From positions 2,592,001 to 2,656,000 of the forward strand of contig OY781964.1 of the NCBI GenBank assembly GCA_963677485.1: DNA of 64,000 bases, given 5' to 3'. The translations under genes were made by a program, and so were the position numbers. Position 1 is the stretch's first letter; every line of letters starts with the position of its first letter. Under the pieces are notes generated by a model. That model searched no databases. It saw only the letters and a list, made by a program, of their open reading frames with translations, and was not told the DNA's origin. The DNA is from Armatimonadota bacterium (GTDB lineage: Bacteria > Armatimonadota > HRBIN16). Below, piece by piece: positions 10,205 to 21,321 of this stretch.

Positions 10205-12813
10205 CTACTCCATCCACTGCCGAAGCTGCTGGTCGTCGACCTCCAGCTCGCCGCGCAGCCAGGCGGTGATCCGCTCCAGCTCGCGGTCGGCCTGAGGCAG
10301 GCGGGTAGCCCCAGCCTCGGGCTCAGGGTAGTGCCGGTATTCCATGCCGTGCTCGAGGCCAGGCTGGCAGGAGTTCGGCACCGGGATGCCCGCCGCCTTC
10401 AGAAGCACCTCCAGCCAGGTGCCCTTGCAGTCGGGGAAGCCCAGCATCACCAACTGGTGAATCGGGCGGGTGCAGGCCACGTACCACAGCCGCAGCTCCT
10501 CCTCCCAGCTCCGCTGCCGTTCCCACTGCACGCACGCCTGCGTGAGGCAGCTTTCGCCCACCAGGTCATGCGCCAGCAGGTGCAGCGATGGCACGCAGCG
10601 CAGGGGGATGGTGCCCGGGTTGCGGGTGACCTTCCGCGTGATATCTGCCAGATAGACCACCGGAAACTCAAGACCCTTGGCACCGTGCACGGTGAAGATG
10701 CGCACCACATCGGCCTGCTCCTCAAGCAGCGGAGCCTCCCCCTCGCGCATCGCCAACTGCACCAGATCATCCGCATGGTCGCAAAACTCCAGCAGCGTGC
10801 CGGTGTGCTCCAGCGTGATCTCAATCAGCTTGCGCACGTTCAACCAGCGTTGCTTGCCATCGGGTCGGCAGATCAGCTTGAGTTGAAGTTGCGTGGCATG
10901 GGCTAATTCCTCCAGGCATTGAGCGGCGGTCAGACGCTCACCGCGCTTTTGAAGCTGGCGTACGGTGCTCACGAACGGCTCCGCCAGTGCCTTCTGCGGG
11001 TGGGGTTCTGAGCGGTTCAGCCAGTTGGTCAGCCGAATCCAGAACGGGTTCTTGGCTGGGTTAGCTCCGCCGTCGCGGGCGATCAGCTCCAGCGTATCGC
11101 TGTCCAGACCGACCAGCGGCGATCGCAGCACGCTGGCCAGTGCGATGTCCTCCCACGGAGTTGCGACCACCACGGCCGCGTTGAGCATATCCCGCACCTC
11201 CGCCCGATGGTAGTAGTGCCTTCGGGCCGTGTTGTAGAACGGAATGCCCAACTCAGTAAGCCCATGCTCCAGATCGGCCACATTGCTGGTCTGGCGAAGT
11301 AGTATCGCGAAGTCGCCGTATTTCCGACCATGCTCCTTGCGCTGATGCAGGATGTCGTGTCCAATCGCCCGCGCAGCGGCTCGCGCGTACTGAGCCTGCG
11401 AAGGCTGCGGATCGACCATCAGCAGCGCGGTGCAGGCGCTGCGGCTGGGCTCGAACTGTTGACCGGCACTCAGTGCCATGAAGCCAGACTGCCACATCGG
11501 CTCGAACGCCTTCTGCACAAATAGTAGCACGCCTTCGCGGCTGCGGTAGTTGGCCGTGAGCTGCACCACGGCACCCTCTCCATCGCGGCCGCCGTTTTGC
11601 GTCAGCCCAGATAATAGCGAGGGCTCCGCATGCCGGAAGCCATATATGCTCTGCTGCACATCACCTACCGTGAACAGCCGGCCAGGCGCGGCTACCAGCT
11701 CCAGCAGACGCATCTGCAGCGGGTTGGCGTCTTGAAATTCGTCCACCATCACGCATTTGAAGTGCTTCTGGTAGCGCTGCTGCACCCCGGGATGCTGGCC
11801 CAGCAAGTCGATGCAGCGCTGCAGCCCATCGGTGAAGTCCTGCGCAGATCTTTTCTGCTTGATTTCCTGGAAGTTATGCCAGCAGCTTTCGATGATCTGC
11901 AGGATGCCCGGGTTGAGTGCCATCGCCTGCTGGTTGGTCTCGCTGCCGACACCGCTGAGTATCCGCTGCCAGGCCCGGCACCGATCTTGTGCCTGCACAG
12001 CCACCGGATGCTGCAGGCTTCCGCGCGTTTGGTACGCCAGCAGCTTGCACAGCTCCTCAATCTCCACTCCGGATCCGTCGCTGCAGCGGTCCACAATCTG
12101 CTGCCAGAAAGGCTTGACGGGGTTGCTTCCGACCAGCGGAATGGCCGATGGCAGTATCCCCATCAGGCTGGTGATGGCCGCCTGGGATAGCTGCTGCTTC
12201 CACAACTCCGGCTGCGACTGCATCTGCTCGCGCCATTGCTGTAACTGTGGCAGGTCGAAACCGTATATGCGCAGGTTGTTGAGTATCTGAAACAATGCCT
12301 TGCGGATGGCTTGAAGGGGGTCGCGCAGATTGGAGTCGTAGTCGACCCGGCCGTAAGCTAGCTTCAGCACGCTGCGCGCCGGTTCGATGTGGTCAATCAC
12401 CAGCTCATCCATGCTCTGAGTGAACGCGGTGGCAAATATCCGCTGCTCCTCCACCTCGGAAAGCTGGCTGGTGTCGGGGTCATAGCAGGCATCAAACGGG
12501 TTTTCCTGCAGCAGCCGCACGCAGAACGCGTCGATGGTGCTGATGTAGGCGCTATCCAGACGGCGCAGTTGCTCCGACTGGCCCTCTTCGTTCAGCCGAC
12601 GGCGGATGCGGGCGCGCATTTCCCCCGCGGCTTTGCGCGTGTAGGTGATGGAGAGGATCTGCGTGACATCCGCCTCACCCTGCAGCACCATTTGGATGAA
12701 CCGCTCCACCAGCACCGTGGTCTTGCTGAGCCGGCGCCCGCGCTCACGATGATGTCGCGCTCGCGCAGTGATACCGCCTGCTGCTGGTGCTCTGTCAGCC
12801 TGATGTTCGCCAA
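10205..12813 (-). pseudogene. UvrD/AddA-like SF1 helicase with a 1-nt frameshift in Walker A (possibly a sequencing error)
   Basis: MANIRLTEHQQQAV..VSAGAGS lies in one frame and KTTVLVERF..ITYTRKAA..VDEFQDAN..GDVQQSIYGFR..TVHGAKGLEF in another. One added G near 12726 restores AGAGSGKT. Confidence 0.8.
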
Positions 12814-12899
12814 AAATGCTCTTTTCCCCTGGGTGATCGGTGCTCTACAGGGCTATTATGCCACGAGCGGTGCTTGTGCTGCCTTTTTGGTGGGTGCAA

Positions 12900-13462
12900 T
12901 AATCCACAGATGACACAGATTGCGCAGATTGGGTTGTGGTCTCACGCGAAGACGCGAAGGACTATACGGTCGACCTTCGCATCGGCGTCATCTGTGTCAT
13001 CTGTGGATTGCCCTTCTCCTCGTGCCGATAGCCATCCGCCTTGGAGCAAGACCGGCGCGGTTAGGGAAAACCGCCCCGGACATAGGCAATTGAGCTATAG
13101 CGGTCGTCTCCCCTGCGCCGGAAGGGCTGAACCACGAATTCGGAATTGTCTCACGCGAAGACGCGAAGGATCATACGGTCAACCTTCGCATCTGCGCCAT
13201 CTGTGGATTGTCTTTCCCCTCGTGCCGATGGCCATCCGCCTTGGAGCGAGACCGGCGCGGTTAGGGAAAACCGCCCCGGACATAGGCAATTGAGTTATAG
13301 CGGTCGCCTCCCCTGCGCCGGTCGGGCTGAACCACGAATGAACACGAATTCGGAATTGACTCACGCGAAGACGCGAAGAGTGTACGGTCAACCTTCATAT
13401 CTGCGTAATCTGCGTAATCTGTGGATTGTCCTTCCCTTCTGCCTTCGCGTCTTCGCGTGAGA
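12900..13462. repeat. Tandem ~210-bp composite repeat (2.5 copies)
   Basis: Units start TCTCACGCGAAGACGCGAAG at ~12940, ~13149 and ~13360. The first two share ACCGGCGCGGTTAGGGAAAACCGCCCCGGACATAGGCAATTG. The block closes with the inverted CTTCGCGTCTTCGCGTGAGA. Confidence 0.85.
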
Positions 13463-13559
13463 CTTGACCGGCGGTGTCGTCTTCCGCCCTGTCAAGCCAT
13501 CTTACGGTAATATCTAGATATCACACGCGAATTGCTCCAGCCACTGAGGATACCAAGAC

Positions 13560-15455
13560 ATGCAGAGCCTACCGCCAGAGGAGTTGCCAGAGATGAAGAA
13601 GCCGCAACAGATTGCCCCCAGTATCTATATGTATACCGACTCCTGCAACTGCTACGCGCTGGTGTCTGGTGATAGCGCGCTGCTGATCGACCCTGGTGAG
13701 GGCGGCATCATCGACCACCTGAAGACGCTGGGCGTGAAGAGGGTGGACTGGGTGCTGCATACGCACGCGCACCGAGAGCTGGCCGGGGCCGACGAACAGC
13801 TGATCCGAATGGGCGCGAAGGTCGCCGTGCCGGAACGTTCGCGCGCGTTTTTCGAGCAAGCCGAGGAGCTGTGGCAAAAGCGGCACACCTACTTCACATT
13901 CGCCTACGCCGAGAAATATGCCTTGCCCCTGCGCAACATCGCGGTGAGTGCGGAGCTGAGCGGCGGCGGACGGTTCCTCTGGAACGAGTATGAGCTTCGA
14001 ATCCTCAGCACACCCGGCCACAGCGAGTTTGGCGTGAGCCTGATTCTGAATCAAGGCAGCCAGCGAATCGGCTTCACCGGAGACCTCATGGCCGCTCCGG
14101 GTAAGATATGGGAGTTTGACAGCCTGCAGACCGGCTATGAGGAGTTCATACAGGGTCCCGAGCTGGTGCGCGTGCCGGAGCTGCAAGCGAGTCTGAAGGC
14201 GCTGGCGAAGCAGGAGCTCATGTTGATGCTTCCTGCGCATGGGGAGCCGATGAAGAGTCCAAACAGTGGGATGATGCGGCTAGACAGGCAGCTCACCCGG
14301 CTGGTCGAGAACGCCAAAGAGACAAGGTATTTCGACGGTGGTTTTGATCCTGTGCCGGAGGTGATCGCCATTGGCACCTGCGCCATCCAGTATTTCATCC
14401 CAGACGGTCAAGGCAACTGCGTGATGATCGACGCCGGCTTCTACGACTGGGACGGCGGGCGCATCAACCTGTTCGAGAAGATGAAAGAGTACCCTGAGAT
14501 CAAGAACATCGAGATCGTGATCCCCACGCACATCCACTCCGACCATGTGGCACTCTGCCGCGCCATGCGTCACCGCTACGGCGCGAAGCTCTACGCACAT
14601 GAGTGTCAGGCGGACATACTGGCGCGGCCCGAGCGGTATTTCGTGCCGTGCCTATGCAATCAGCCCATCACCGTGGACCGCGTGTTCAAGGAGGGTGAGA
14701 GCTTCACCTGGAGCGGTATGAAATTCAGCATGTACCACTTCCCCGGGCACACCTACTGGCATCAGCTCACCGTGCTGGAGGTGAACGGCAAGAAGATCGC
14801 CTTCACCGGCGATGCGATTGACGATTTCGACCATGTGCGCAGCATCGACACCTTCAACTACAACCCCATCGGCGAGCATGTGGGCGCCAACCGCTGCGTG
14901 GACCTGCTGGAGCAGATCAACCCCGACTACCTCTGCACAGGCCACTGGAGCATCCACAAGTGGAAGCCCGAGTATGTGAAGGGGATGCGCGACTGGGTGA
15001 GCCGTCACAACCGGCTGATCACCCAGATGAGCGCGCAGGCCGACCCAAACCTGAGCTACCATATCCGCTGGGCCGACCTGCTGCCCTTCCGGAGCGTGCT
15101 GCAGCCAGGCGAAAAGAGGAAGTTGAACGTGAAGCTGCTGAACCACCTGCCCACAGTGGGTCAGTTTGAGGTCAAGCTGGAGCTGCCCGAAGGCTGGAGC
15201 GCGAAACCGGCCGTTGCCCACCTCAGCCTCCCCGCCAAGGGCAGTGCTGAGCTTCCGTTTGAGGTCACCGCCCCACGGCAGGCCAAGCCCATGCGCTACA
15301 TGGCCGGGGTGAACGTGGTGCTGAACGGTCAGGCTTACGGTGCCATGGGACTGGGCTGCCTGGACATCGGCGAGGACTGGAGTATCGAGAACCGCGACCC
15401 CAACCAGGTGCCCGGTGTCAGCCAGCCGGACTACGGTTTTCAGGCCAGCAGCTAG
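13560..15455 (+). CDS. Tandem MBL-fold metallo-hydrolase with C-terminal Ig-like (NEW3-like) domain
   Basis: THAHREL/TPGHS/FTGD in domain 1; THIHSDH/FPGHT/FTGD in domain 2; LELPEGWS beta-domain at the C-terminus. Confidence 0.8.
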   Translation: MQSLPPEELPEMKKPQQIAPSIYMYTDSCNCYALVSGDSALLIDPGEGGIIDHLKTLGVKRVDWVLHTHAHRELAGADEQLIRMGAKVAVPERSRAFFEQAEELWQKRHTYFTFAYAEKYALPLRNIAVSAELSGGGRFLWNEYELRILSTPGHSEFGVSLILNQGSQRIGFTGDLMAAPGKIWEFDSLQTGYEEFIQGPELVRVPELQASLKALAKQELMLMLPAHGEPMKSPNSGMMRLDRQLTRLVENAKETRYFDGGFDPVPEVIAIGTCAIQYFIPDGQGNCVMIDAGFYDWDGGRINLFEKMKEYPEIKNIEIVIPTHIHSDHVALCRAMRHRYGAKLYAHECQADILARPERYFVPCLCNQPITVDRVFKEGESFTWSGMKFSMYHFPGHTYWHQLTVLEVNGKKIAFTGDAIDDFDHVRSIDTFNYNPIGEHVGANRCVDLLEQINPDYLCTGHWSIHKWKPEYVKGMRDWVSRHNRLITQMSAQADPNLSYHIRWADLLPFRSVLQPGEKRKLNVKLLNHLPTVGQFEVKLELPEGWSAKPAVAHLSLPAKGSAELPFEVTAPRQAKPMRYMAGVNVVLNGQAYGAMGLGCLDIGEDWSIENRDPNQVPGVSQPDYGFQASS

Positions 15456-15604
15456 CGTGTGGGATGGTGGGGGTAATTGGCCTACTCGTCGTAGCTGTCT
15501 TGTAGGGTATTTGCTACCCACCGGCGTAACCCGGCGGGCATTCCGGGTATCTAGTGGCTTACCATCTCCGGTATCATCACACCAAGCCATGTGCTATTGA
15601 TAGT

Positions 15605-15822
15605 CCGGCACCCACGAAGTGGGTAAGATTCATTATAGCCAGGGGTGAGCGAAGCGATACCCCTGGTAAAGGTTGCACCTTCTTACCCCGAAGTGGGTCG
15701 AACCATGTCGGCACCACAGAAGGCCCACGTTCGTGGGTAAATGATGTTGGGCTGCCTTCCACGGGTTACGCTTTCGCTCACCCGTGGCTATAATGAATCG
15801 CACCCGCTTCGGGGTGCCCGGA
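15605..15822. repeat. REP/REPIN-like inverted doublet
   Basis: GCACCCACGAAGTGGGTAAGATTCATTATAGCCAGGGGTGAGCGAAGCG... pairs with ...TTCGCTCACCCGTGGCTATAATGAATCGCACCCGCTTCGGGGTGC. Same family as the repeats at 57.8, 61.4 and 63.6 kb. Confidence 0.8.
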
Positions 15823-15991
15823 CAGTGCAAAACACATTCAGCAGCCTGATTCTACCGCCACCCATTACATACCACGTGTTGTTATGCACACTCCTTTCAC
15901 TTCGCATTGCCCCCCTTGACATATCGCATGAAGGAATCGCTATCAAGGCTGTCGAAACAAATGCTATGATACCCATCACGAGACAATTCCA

Positions 15992-16960
15992 ATGAACTGT
16001 ATTCCAATCAATATCACGATGTTGGCATCCGTGTTGGTGGCATGTCTGCTGGTTCCAGCATTCATGCTCATGGCTGCGAGGCGGGTAGTAGCACGAACGT
16101 TAATGCCGGAAGACAAGCGGTACTACGCAGAGATATGGTGGATGTGCCTCTATTGCGCTCTGCCTAACTTGGCACTACTATATGGATTGATTGCTTTTGC
16201 CTTCTCCATCACGGTCAACACGTTCAACATGCTGCAGTCACAGTTACTGTTGGACCTACCGGCCATCGTATGGTTTGTTCTATGCTATCGAAAAATGGCT
16301 AATCTGCGAGCCAGCCTTGTTCCTGACACAGAATACAAACAATATGCTCCCAAATGCGCAGCACTCAAGTTTCGTGGATATGCTTCTGTATTGCTGTTAA
16401 TGCCGTTTGTCATGGCAGTATCTGCAGTTATGATCGGATCGAATGATGATTTTACATTCTCTGTGCTGGTGAGTTTCGGTTTGTCTTTGGCGTATATCAT
16501 TCTTATGTATATCTTCGTGGTCCGTTACATCCCACCGTTATTCGACCGTATCATGCCTGCATCTGAAATGGAGATGTTGAAGAATAAACTAGCAGAGGCC
16601 AACCGCCTACTCAACCAGAACCTGCCAGACGGTCATATCCCCGTTAAGCTGGAGATCATGAGGATGATGCATTTCAAAGACTCCTTCCAGAGTGTTAGTG
16701 TCGACATGATATCCGAAAAACGCGTTAGTGTCAGCCTCCTTGGCCTGAAGCGGCTTGATGAGAATGAGCTGTTGTTTCTGTCACTGAGCGGAGCTTTTCG
16801 AGGCATATCTATGAAAAGCCAGGTTCTAGCGGACCAGCGCGCTCTGGCCATCACCGCAGACCGCCCCGCGGCGATTTCGTCCTTGAAGAAGGAGCTAGCG
16901 ACCGCCTTTAAAGAAGTGCGTCAACTGCAGAAGCGTATCAAGGCTTTGGAAGTGATATGA
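15992..16960 (+). CDS. Membrane protein with degenerate M48 peptidase-like C-terminus (copy 1)
   Basis: About 5 TM helices, LDENELLFL, ADQRALAITADRPAAISSLKK; no HExxH. Confidence 0.6.
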   Translation: MNCIPINITMLASVLVACLLVPAFMLMAARRVVARTLMPEDKRYYAEIWWMCLYCALPNLALLYGLIAFAFSITVNTFNMLQSQLLLDLPAIVWFVLCYRKMANLRASLVPDTEYKQYAPKCAALKFRGYASVLLLMPFVMAVSAVMIGSNDDFTFSVLVSFGLSLAYIILMYIFVVRYIPPLFDRIMPASEMEMLKNKLAEANRLLNQNLPDGHIPVKLEIMRMMHFKDSFQSVSVDMISEKRVSVSLLGLKRLDENELLFLSLSGAFRGISMKSQVLADQRALAITADRPAAISSLKKELATAFKEVRQLQKRIKALEVI

Positions 16961-17027
16961 AACAGCTGCCATTGGCAATCACGGCTGTCGAAACAAGAGC
17001 TATGATACCCATCACAGGACAAAACCT

Positions 17028-17978
17028 ATGAACTCAGAAATCTACACACTAGTGGGATGCCTGCTGTTACCGATCACGTTGGTGATCGCAGCCAAGCAGT
17101 CCTATATCAACGCCGTGTCCGATGAAGACAGACGGTATTTTACCGAAAACTGGCGAACGGGTATCAACAAGGTACTGCAATATGCGGTCATGCCTTACGG
17201 TATAACGTTGTTCTTGATAGACTTAGACCCCTCCAGGCATTCTATGGGCAGATTTGCCATTGCTCTAGCACTACTGGGGCTTGTGGTTCTCATAATCTGT
17301 TACCGCACAATGGCCAAGATGAAACACAGCCTGACGCCGGAAACAGAGTATAGCAAGTACGAACCTCGGGTGAAACTGATCAGCTCTGTGGTAATGGCGA
17401 TTTACATTCTATCTACTCTTTCCGTAATGGCAATATGTATACATTTTGCCGACTCGATAGATGATCCCATACTCTTGATGCTGGCTGCGATCGGTATGCT
17501 TGTGGCGATCTGTGGTTCACTGGCTATCATCGTGGACCGCTACGCAATATGGTATCGGGACCGCATCTTACCAGCCTCTGAAATGGAGATGCTGAAGAGT
17601 AAGCTGGCCGAAGCCGATCATCTGCTTAACCAGCACCTGCCAGACGGTCATATCCCCGTTAAGCTGGAGCTCATGGAGTTCATGATGGGTTTCAAGGACT
17701 CTTTGCTGTGTGTCAGCGTCGATATGAAATCGGAAAAACGCGTTAGTGTCAGCCTTCTTGGCCTGAAGCGGCTTGATGAGAATGAGCTGCTGTTCCTGTC
17801 ACTGAGCGAAGCCTTTAGAGGCGTCTCAAACAAAAGCCAGATAGCGGCTGACCAGCGCGCTCTGGCCATCACTGCTGACCGTCATGCGGCTATTTCGGCT
17901 CTGAAAAAGGAGCTGGCCACCGCATTCAAGGAGGTGCGTCAACTGCAGAAGCGCATCAAGGCGTTGGAGGTAATATGA
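17028..17978 (+). CDS. Membrane protein with degenerate M48-like C-terminus (copy 2, paralog of 15992)
   Basis: C-terminal ~135 aa nearly identical to copy 1; TM region divergent. Confidence 0.6.
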   Translation: MNSEIYTLVGCLLLPITLVIAAKQSYINAVSDEDRRYFTENWRTGINKVLQYAVMPYGITLFLIDLDPSRHSMGRFAIALALLGLVVLIICYRTMAKMKHSLTPETEYSKYEPRVKLISSVVMAIYILSTLSVMAICIHFADSIDDPILLMLAAIGMLVAICGSLAIIVDRYAIWYRDRILPASEMEMLKSKLAEADHLLNQHLPDGHIPVKLELMEFMMGFKDSLLCVSVDMKSEKRVSVSLLGLKRLDENELLFLSLSEAFRGVSNKSQIAADQRALAITADRHAAISALKKELATAFKEVRQLQKRIKALEVI

Positions 17979-19270
17979 AAAAGCAGATATTGGCCATTCT
18001 TCCAGCACTGGGGGTCATGGTGATTACCTGGGGGGCACCAAGGCTGCTGAACTATGTTCATCAGTTGAACACGCCGTCTATTGTTGGTCCCATGGTTCCG
18101 TATGGGGTGCCGGACGCGCAGCTGCCTCCTCCACCAGATGGTATGATGCCCGCACCCGCCGGTGATTCAATACCTGGCAATGTGCCAATGCCGTATCCTG
18201 GTGATGCCAAGATGTCCCACCCCACAACCGGATCATTCCCAAACCTGCAAATCAACTGGGTGTTGATATGGGTTGTGGTCGCTATAGAACTAGGACTATT
18301 TGGCAGATTGATATGGGCTGTCACACAACACCGATCTGAGCTTCCTGGCCATGCCCTATTCTGGGTTGTAAGCCAGGCGATTTTATCTGCATTTTTGAGT
18401 CAATCCTCCGTCTTCGACGTCATGGCTCATGGGATACTCCGGCCGATTGGCTTCTGCTTGATCGCTATCTCAATGGCAGGCACGTTGGTTGCGCTCAGCG
18501 AACTCATTATAAGGAGGCACATGCTATTTGGTGATGATGTTGTTGAAGTGCTGATGCATTTTGACAACCACACCGGGACGTCTTTGATGTTGATGTATTT
18601 CTGGCTCATCCCGATGTTGAATGCCGGAATGTATTGGATACTGAGTATCCAAGTGATTTTCACGATCGGTGTGCAGATATGGGTTTGGCTAAGCTCAGAT
18701 GCTTTACGAACATCGCTACGGCGCAGAGTGGACCCAGCGGCGTTTGACGTGCTTGAACAGAGCATCGCCAGGCTGCGCATATCGATGAGCAACCACTATC
18801 CAGGTAGACATGTCGATATGATGGCAAACAAAGAAGGCGACCACATTATCTCTTCGATGTCTCACCTAGATGGTAGTATTTCGGTGAGTGTGGCGGCGTT
18901 GCAGCAGCTCACCGACGAGGAAATGCTGGTGCTTTCGGCGATGCAAGCGGTGCGGCCTTTTTCCTATCGGTTACTCGATATACCCAACACGATGACGTTC
19001 ATGTTGGTAGGGATAGCTGTGATTGTATCAGATGGTCTATCCATGTTCTGGCTTATGTTGGTGCTGATACCGGTGCTCATGTCCGAATACTACCGCCGGA
19101 ATCTAGCTGTGGCAGCCGACCGGCGGGCCATTGACCGGTTGAACATGGAGAAGACCGCAGTGGCGGTGCTGCAAAAGCAGATTGAGGGCTCGACCGGTGA
19201 GGTTCGCAAGGGGCTGCTCATCCGTGCAGGTGCCATCTTCAAACACGGCGGAATTCCGTTGACTGAGTAG
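17975..19270 (+). CDS. Membrane protein with Pro-rich loop and degenerate M48-like domain
   Basis: ATGA-coupled to the previous gene. ISVSVAALQQLTDEEMLVL and AADRRAI; no HExxH. Confidence 0.55.
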   Translation: MKKQILAILPALGVMVITWGAPRLLNYVHQLNTPSIVGPMVPYGVPDAQLPPPPDGMMPAPAGDSIPGNVPMPYPGDAKMSHPTTGSFPNLQINWVLIWVVVAIELGLFGRLIWAVTQHRSELPGHALFWVVSQAILSAFLSQSSVFDVMAHGILRPIGFCLIAISMAGTLVALSELIIRRHMLFGDDVVEVLMHFDNHTGTSLMLMYFWLIPMLNAGMYWILSIQVIFTIGVQIWVWLSSDALRTSLRRRVDPAAFDVLEQSIARLRISMSNHYPGRHVDMMANKEGDHIISSMSHLDGSISVSVAALQQLTDEEMLVLSAMQAVRPFSYRLLDIPNTMTFMLVGIAVIVSDGLSMFWLMLVLIPVLMSEYYRRNLAVAADRRAIDRLNMEKTAVAVLQKQIEGSTGEVRKGLLIRAGAIFKHGGIPLTE

Positions 19271-19357
19271 AGCCGTCGTGATTCTGTGTTCGCCCTGTGT
19301 TTATACGCCAGTTGGAAGGTTGTTGAACCAGCCAGTTTCGTCCGTAAAGGAGACATC

Positions 19358-20866
19358 ATGCCGCGTAAAATGTTGATTCTGCTGCTCTGCGGGGCGATGA
19401 TGCATTACTTCCTCGGGTTCATACCAAGGGGCATCGTGCCCAAGGATGTGAACCATCTGCTATCAGAGCAAATCAAGCAGATAAAGGAGGGTTACCGGCC
19501 GCCGGCTGTCATGCCAAAAAGCTGGCTGGTCATTACTGCAGGTAGCTCTTATCGAACGCTGCTTTACCTAAGCGAAAGCAATCCCGACCAGCAAGCCGTT
19601 GAGCGCGCGTTCACAAAGATGGGTGCGCTGCCTGGCGAGGTCACGTCCGGCATGAGCGGCCGCCGTTACGTGATGCGATGGCACCACCAGTGGTCATACT
19701 TTGGCCGGTTATATGCATCCACAGACCTGTATCCTGAGAATCTCCGCCTTCGGTTTGTGCGTGCCATGGGGCTGTCCGCACAAACCCCAACGATACCGAT
19801 GATGGTCTGCGTAGACAAATGCGCCGCGCTGGATCCTAAATCGTATGGCTACGGCGAGTCGGGCAATGAGTTGATGGTCGTTAATGGGAAGTTCGTCGCA
19901 GATGAGGTTCTGAATATCAGCCAGTGGATTGACTGGTACCAATGCATATTCTTCGTGGCGTTTGTGATCGGGTTTGTGTGGGATATGCTGAAATGGCGAA
20001 AAAATCATGACAAACGGTCGAATCTACAACTGCCATTGATGCAGCACGTGAAGATATTTAGGCAGACAACAAGCATGGTATTGGTCGTGATGTTCACATT
20101 TCTAAACCATAATGGATATCATGAGTTGTTTGGCAACGGGCTTATAGATATGTGGGCAGGTGGGACGCGAAACATATTGTTGGGGTTAGTTTTATTTTCA
20201 CCGATCCTGTGTTATGTGTTGGCAGCGGCGCCGATACGATACCACCTCAAGGCTGACCTGTCGAAAGCGGTATCACAGCAGCACGAGCGATTTCCAATCC
20301 TTCAAAAGACACTTTCTAACATAATATACAAGCGATCGAAACAGCTACGGCATGAAGACTACATCCTGGCAAAGTGTGACAGCCTCGACCTGATGGGAGT
20401 TCTGCTTTCAGTCGACCACAGCAGGAAGATCGTGTTCGTGCCGCCAATGGCACGGTTGGGTATGGATGTCGCCCAAATTGACTTCTGGATCACGCGAGCA
20501 CTTCAGGACCCTCACAGTCGACGCAACTACGACATGGCGGTCGGCTTATGCCTACTCGCCGCGGGCGGTTTCACGCAGATTATGGGATACCGGACAGCAT
20601 CCATCATACTGCAGGTTGTTTTTTTGGCCATTGTGTTTCTGTGGATCGGTGGAAGGTGGGGTATTGAGACGGTCAGGAACACCCGTGCCGACCTCGCTGC
20701 CATCGCGGTAACAGGTGACCCAGAAAGTGCCAAGCGGGCGATCAACCGGCTGTTTGGCAACGGCAAGACCGGTGCGATCGAAACCCCCAAACGCATACTC
20801 ACCATCGATGCGAAATACCCACCCGCTGCGAAGGCTGTCGAGAAGGTGCTTGAAGCCGTTCCGTAG
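19358..20866 (+). CDS. Membrane protein with degenerate M48-like C-terminus (pair member A)
   Basis: AAGGAG RBS before ATG 19358; RADLAAIAVTGDPESAKRAINRL. Confidence 0.6.
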   Translation: MPRKMLILLLCGAMMHYFLGFIPRGIVPKDVNHLLSEQIKQIKEGYRPPAVMPKSWLVITAGSSYRTLLYLSESNPDQQAVERAFTKMGALPGEVTSGMSGRRYVMRWHHQWSYFGRLYASTDLYPENLRLRFVRAMGLSAQTPTIPMMVCVDKCAALDPKSYGYGESGNELMVVNGKFVADEVLNISQWIDWYQCIFFVAFVIGFVWDMLKWRKNHDKRSNLQLPLMQHVKIFRQTTSMVLVVMFTFLNHNGYHELFGNGLIDMWAGGTRNILLGLVLFSPILCYVLAAAPIRYHLKADLSKAVSQQHERFPILQKTLSNIIYKRSKQLRHEDYILAKCDSLDLMGVLLSVDHSRKIVFVPPMARLGMDVAQIDFWITRALQDPHSRRNYDMAVGLCLLAAGGFTQIMGYRTASIILQVVFLAIVFLWIGGRWGIETVRNTRADLAAIAVTGDPESAKRAINRLFGNGKTGAIETPKRILTIDAKYPPAAKAVEKVLEAVP

Positions 20867-20899
20867 CGGTGCTGATGCATGCGGCGGTTTGCCTTTATT

Positions 20900-21190
20900 T
20901 AACCACGAATGGACACAGATGAACGCGGATACCGGAATCCAACGCAAAGGCGCAGAGGGGCAAAGAGCGCAATGGTTCAGTTCGAATCGCGGACAAAGCC
21001 GACCACCCAGCACGGTCATATACCTTTGCGTCATTGCTTCTTGGCGTCTTTGCGTTGAATCCCGTCCGTGTAATCCGTGGTTCAGACAATTTGTAACCAC
21101 GAATGGACACGGATAGACACGAATGGACACAGATGAACGCGGATACCGGGAATCTAACGCAAAGGCGCAGAGGGGCAAAGGGCGCAAAGT
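20900..21190. repeat. Nested inverted periodic-repeat module (~200-bp unit, 1.5 copies)
   Basis: AACCACGAATGGACAC / AACGCAAAGGCGCAGAG ... CTTGGCGTCTTTGCGTT / TCCGTGTAATCCGTGGTT. Confidence 0.8.
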
Positions 21191-21321
21191 TGCTGATGAC
21201 CGCATCCGGTTCTTGACAAGCCGGAAATTGCAGGTTAACCTTATCCTTAGTAAACGTATGTAGTGGTGTATATTCATGAGACAAGATCACATTCACCAAT
21301 ACCGAAAACCAAGAAGCCATT

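Noticed and set aside
9640-10269. 209-aa ORF, and similar ORFs over 12787-13460, 20552-21320 and 22736-23457
   Set aside because: They translate periodic repeat DNA (NLRNLCNLW, SVSIRV) or overlap real genes.
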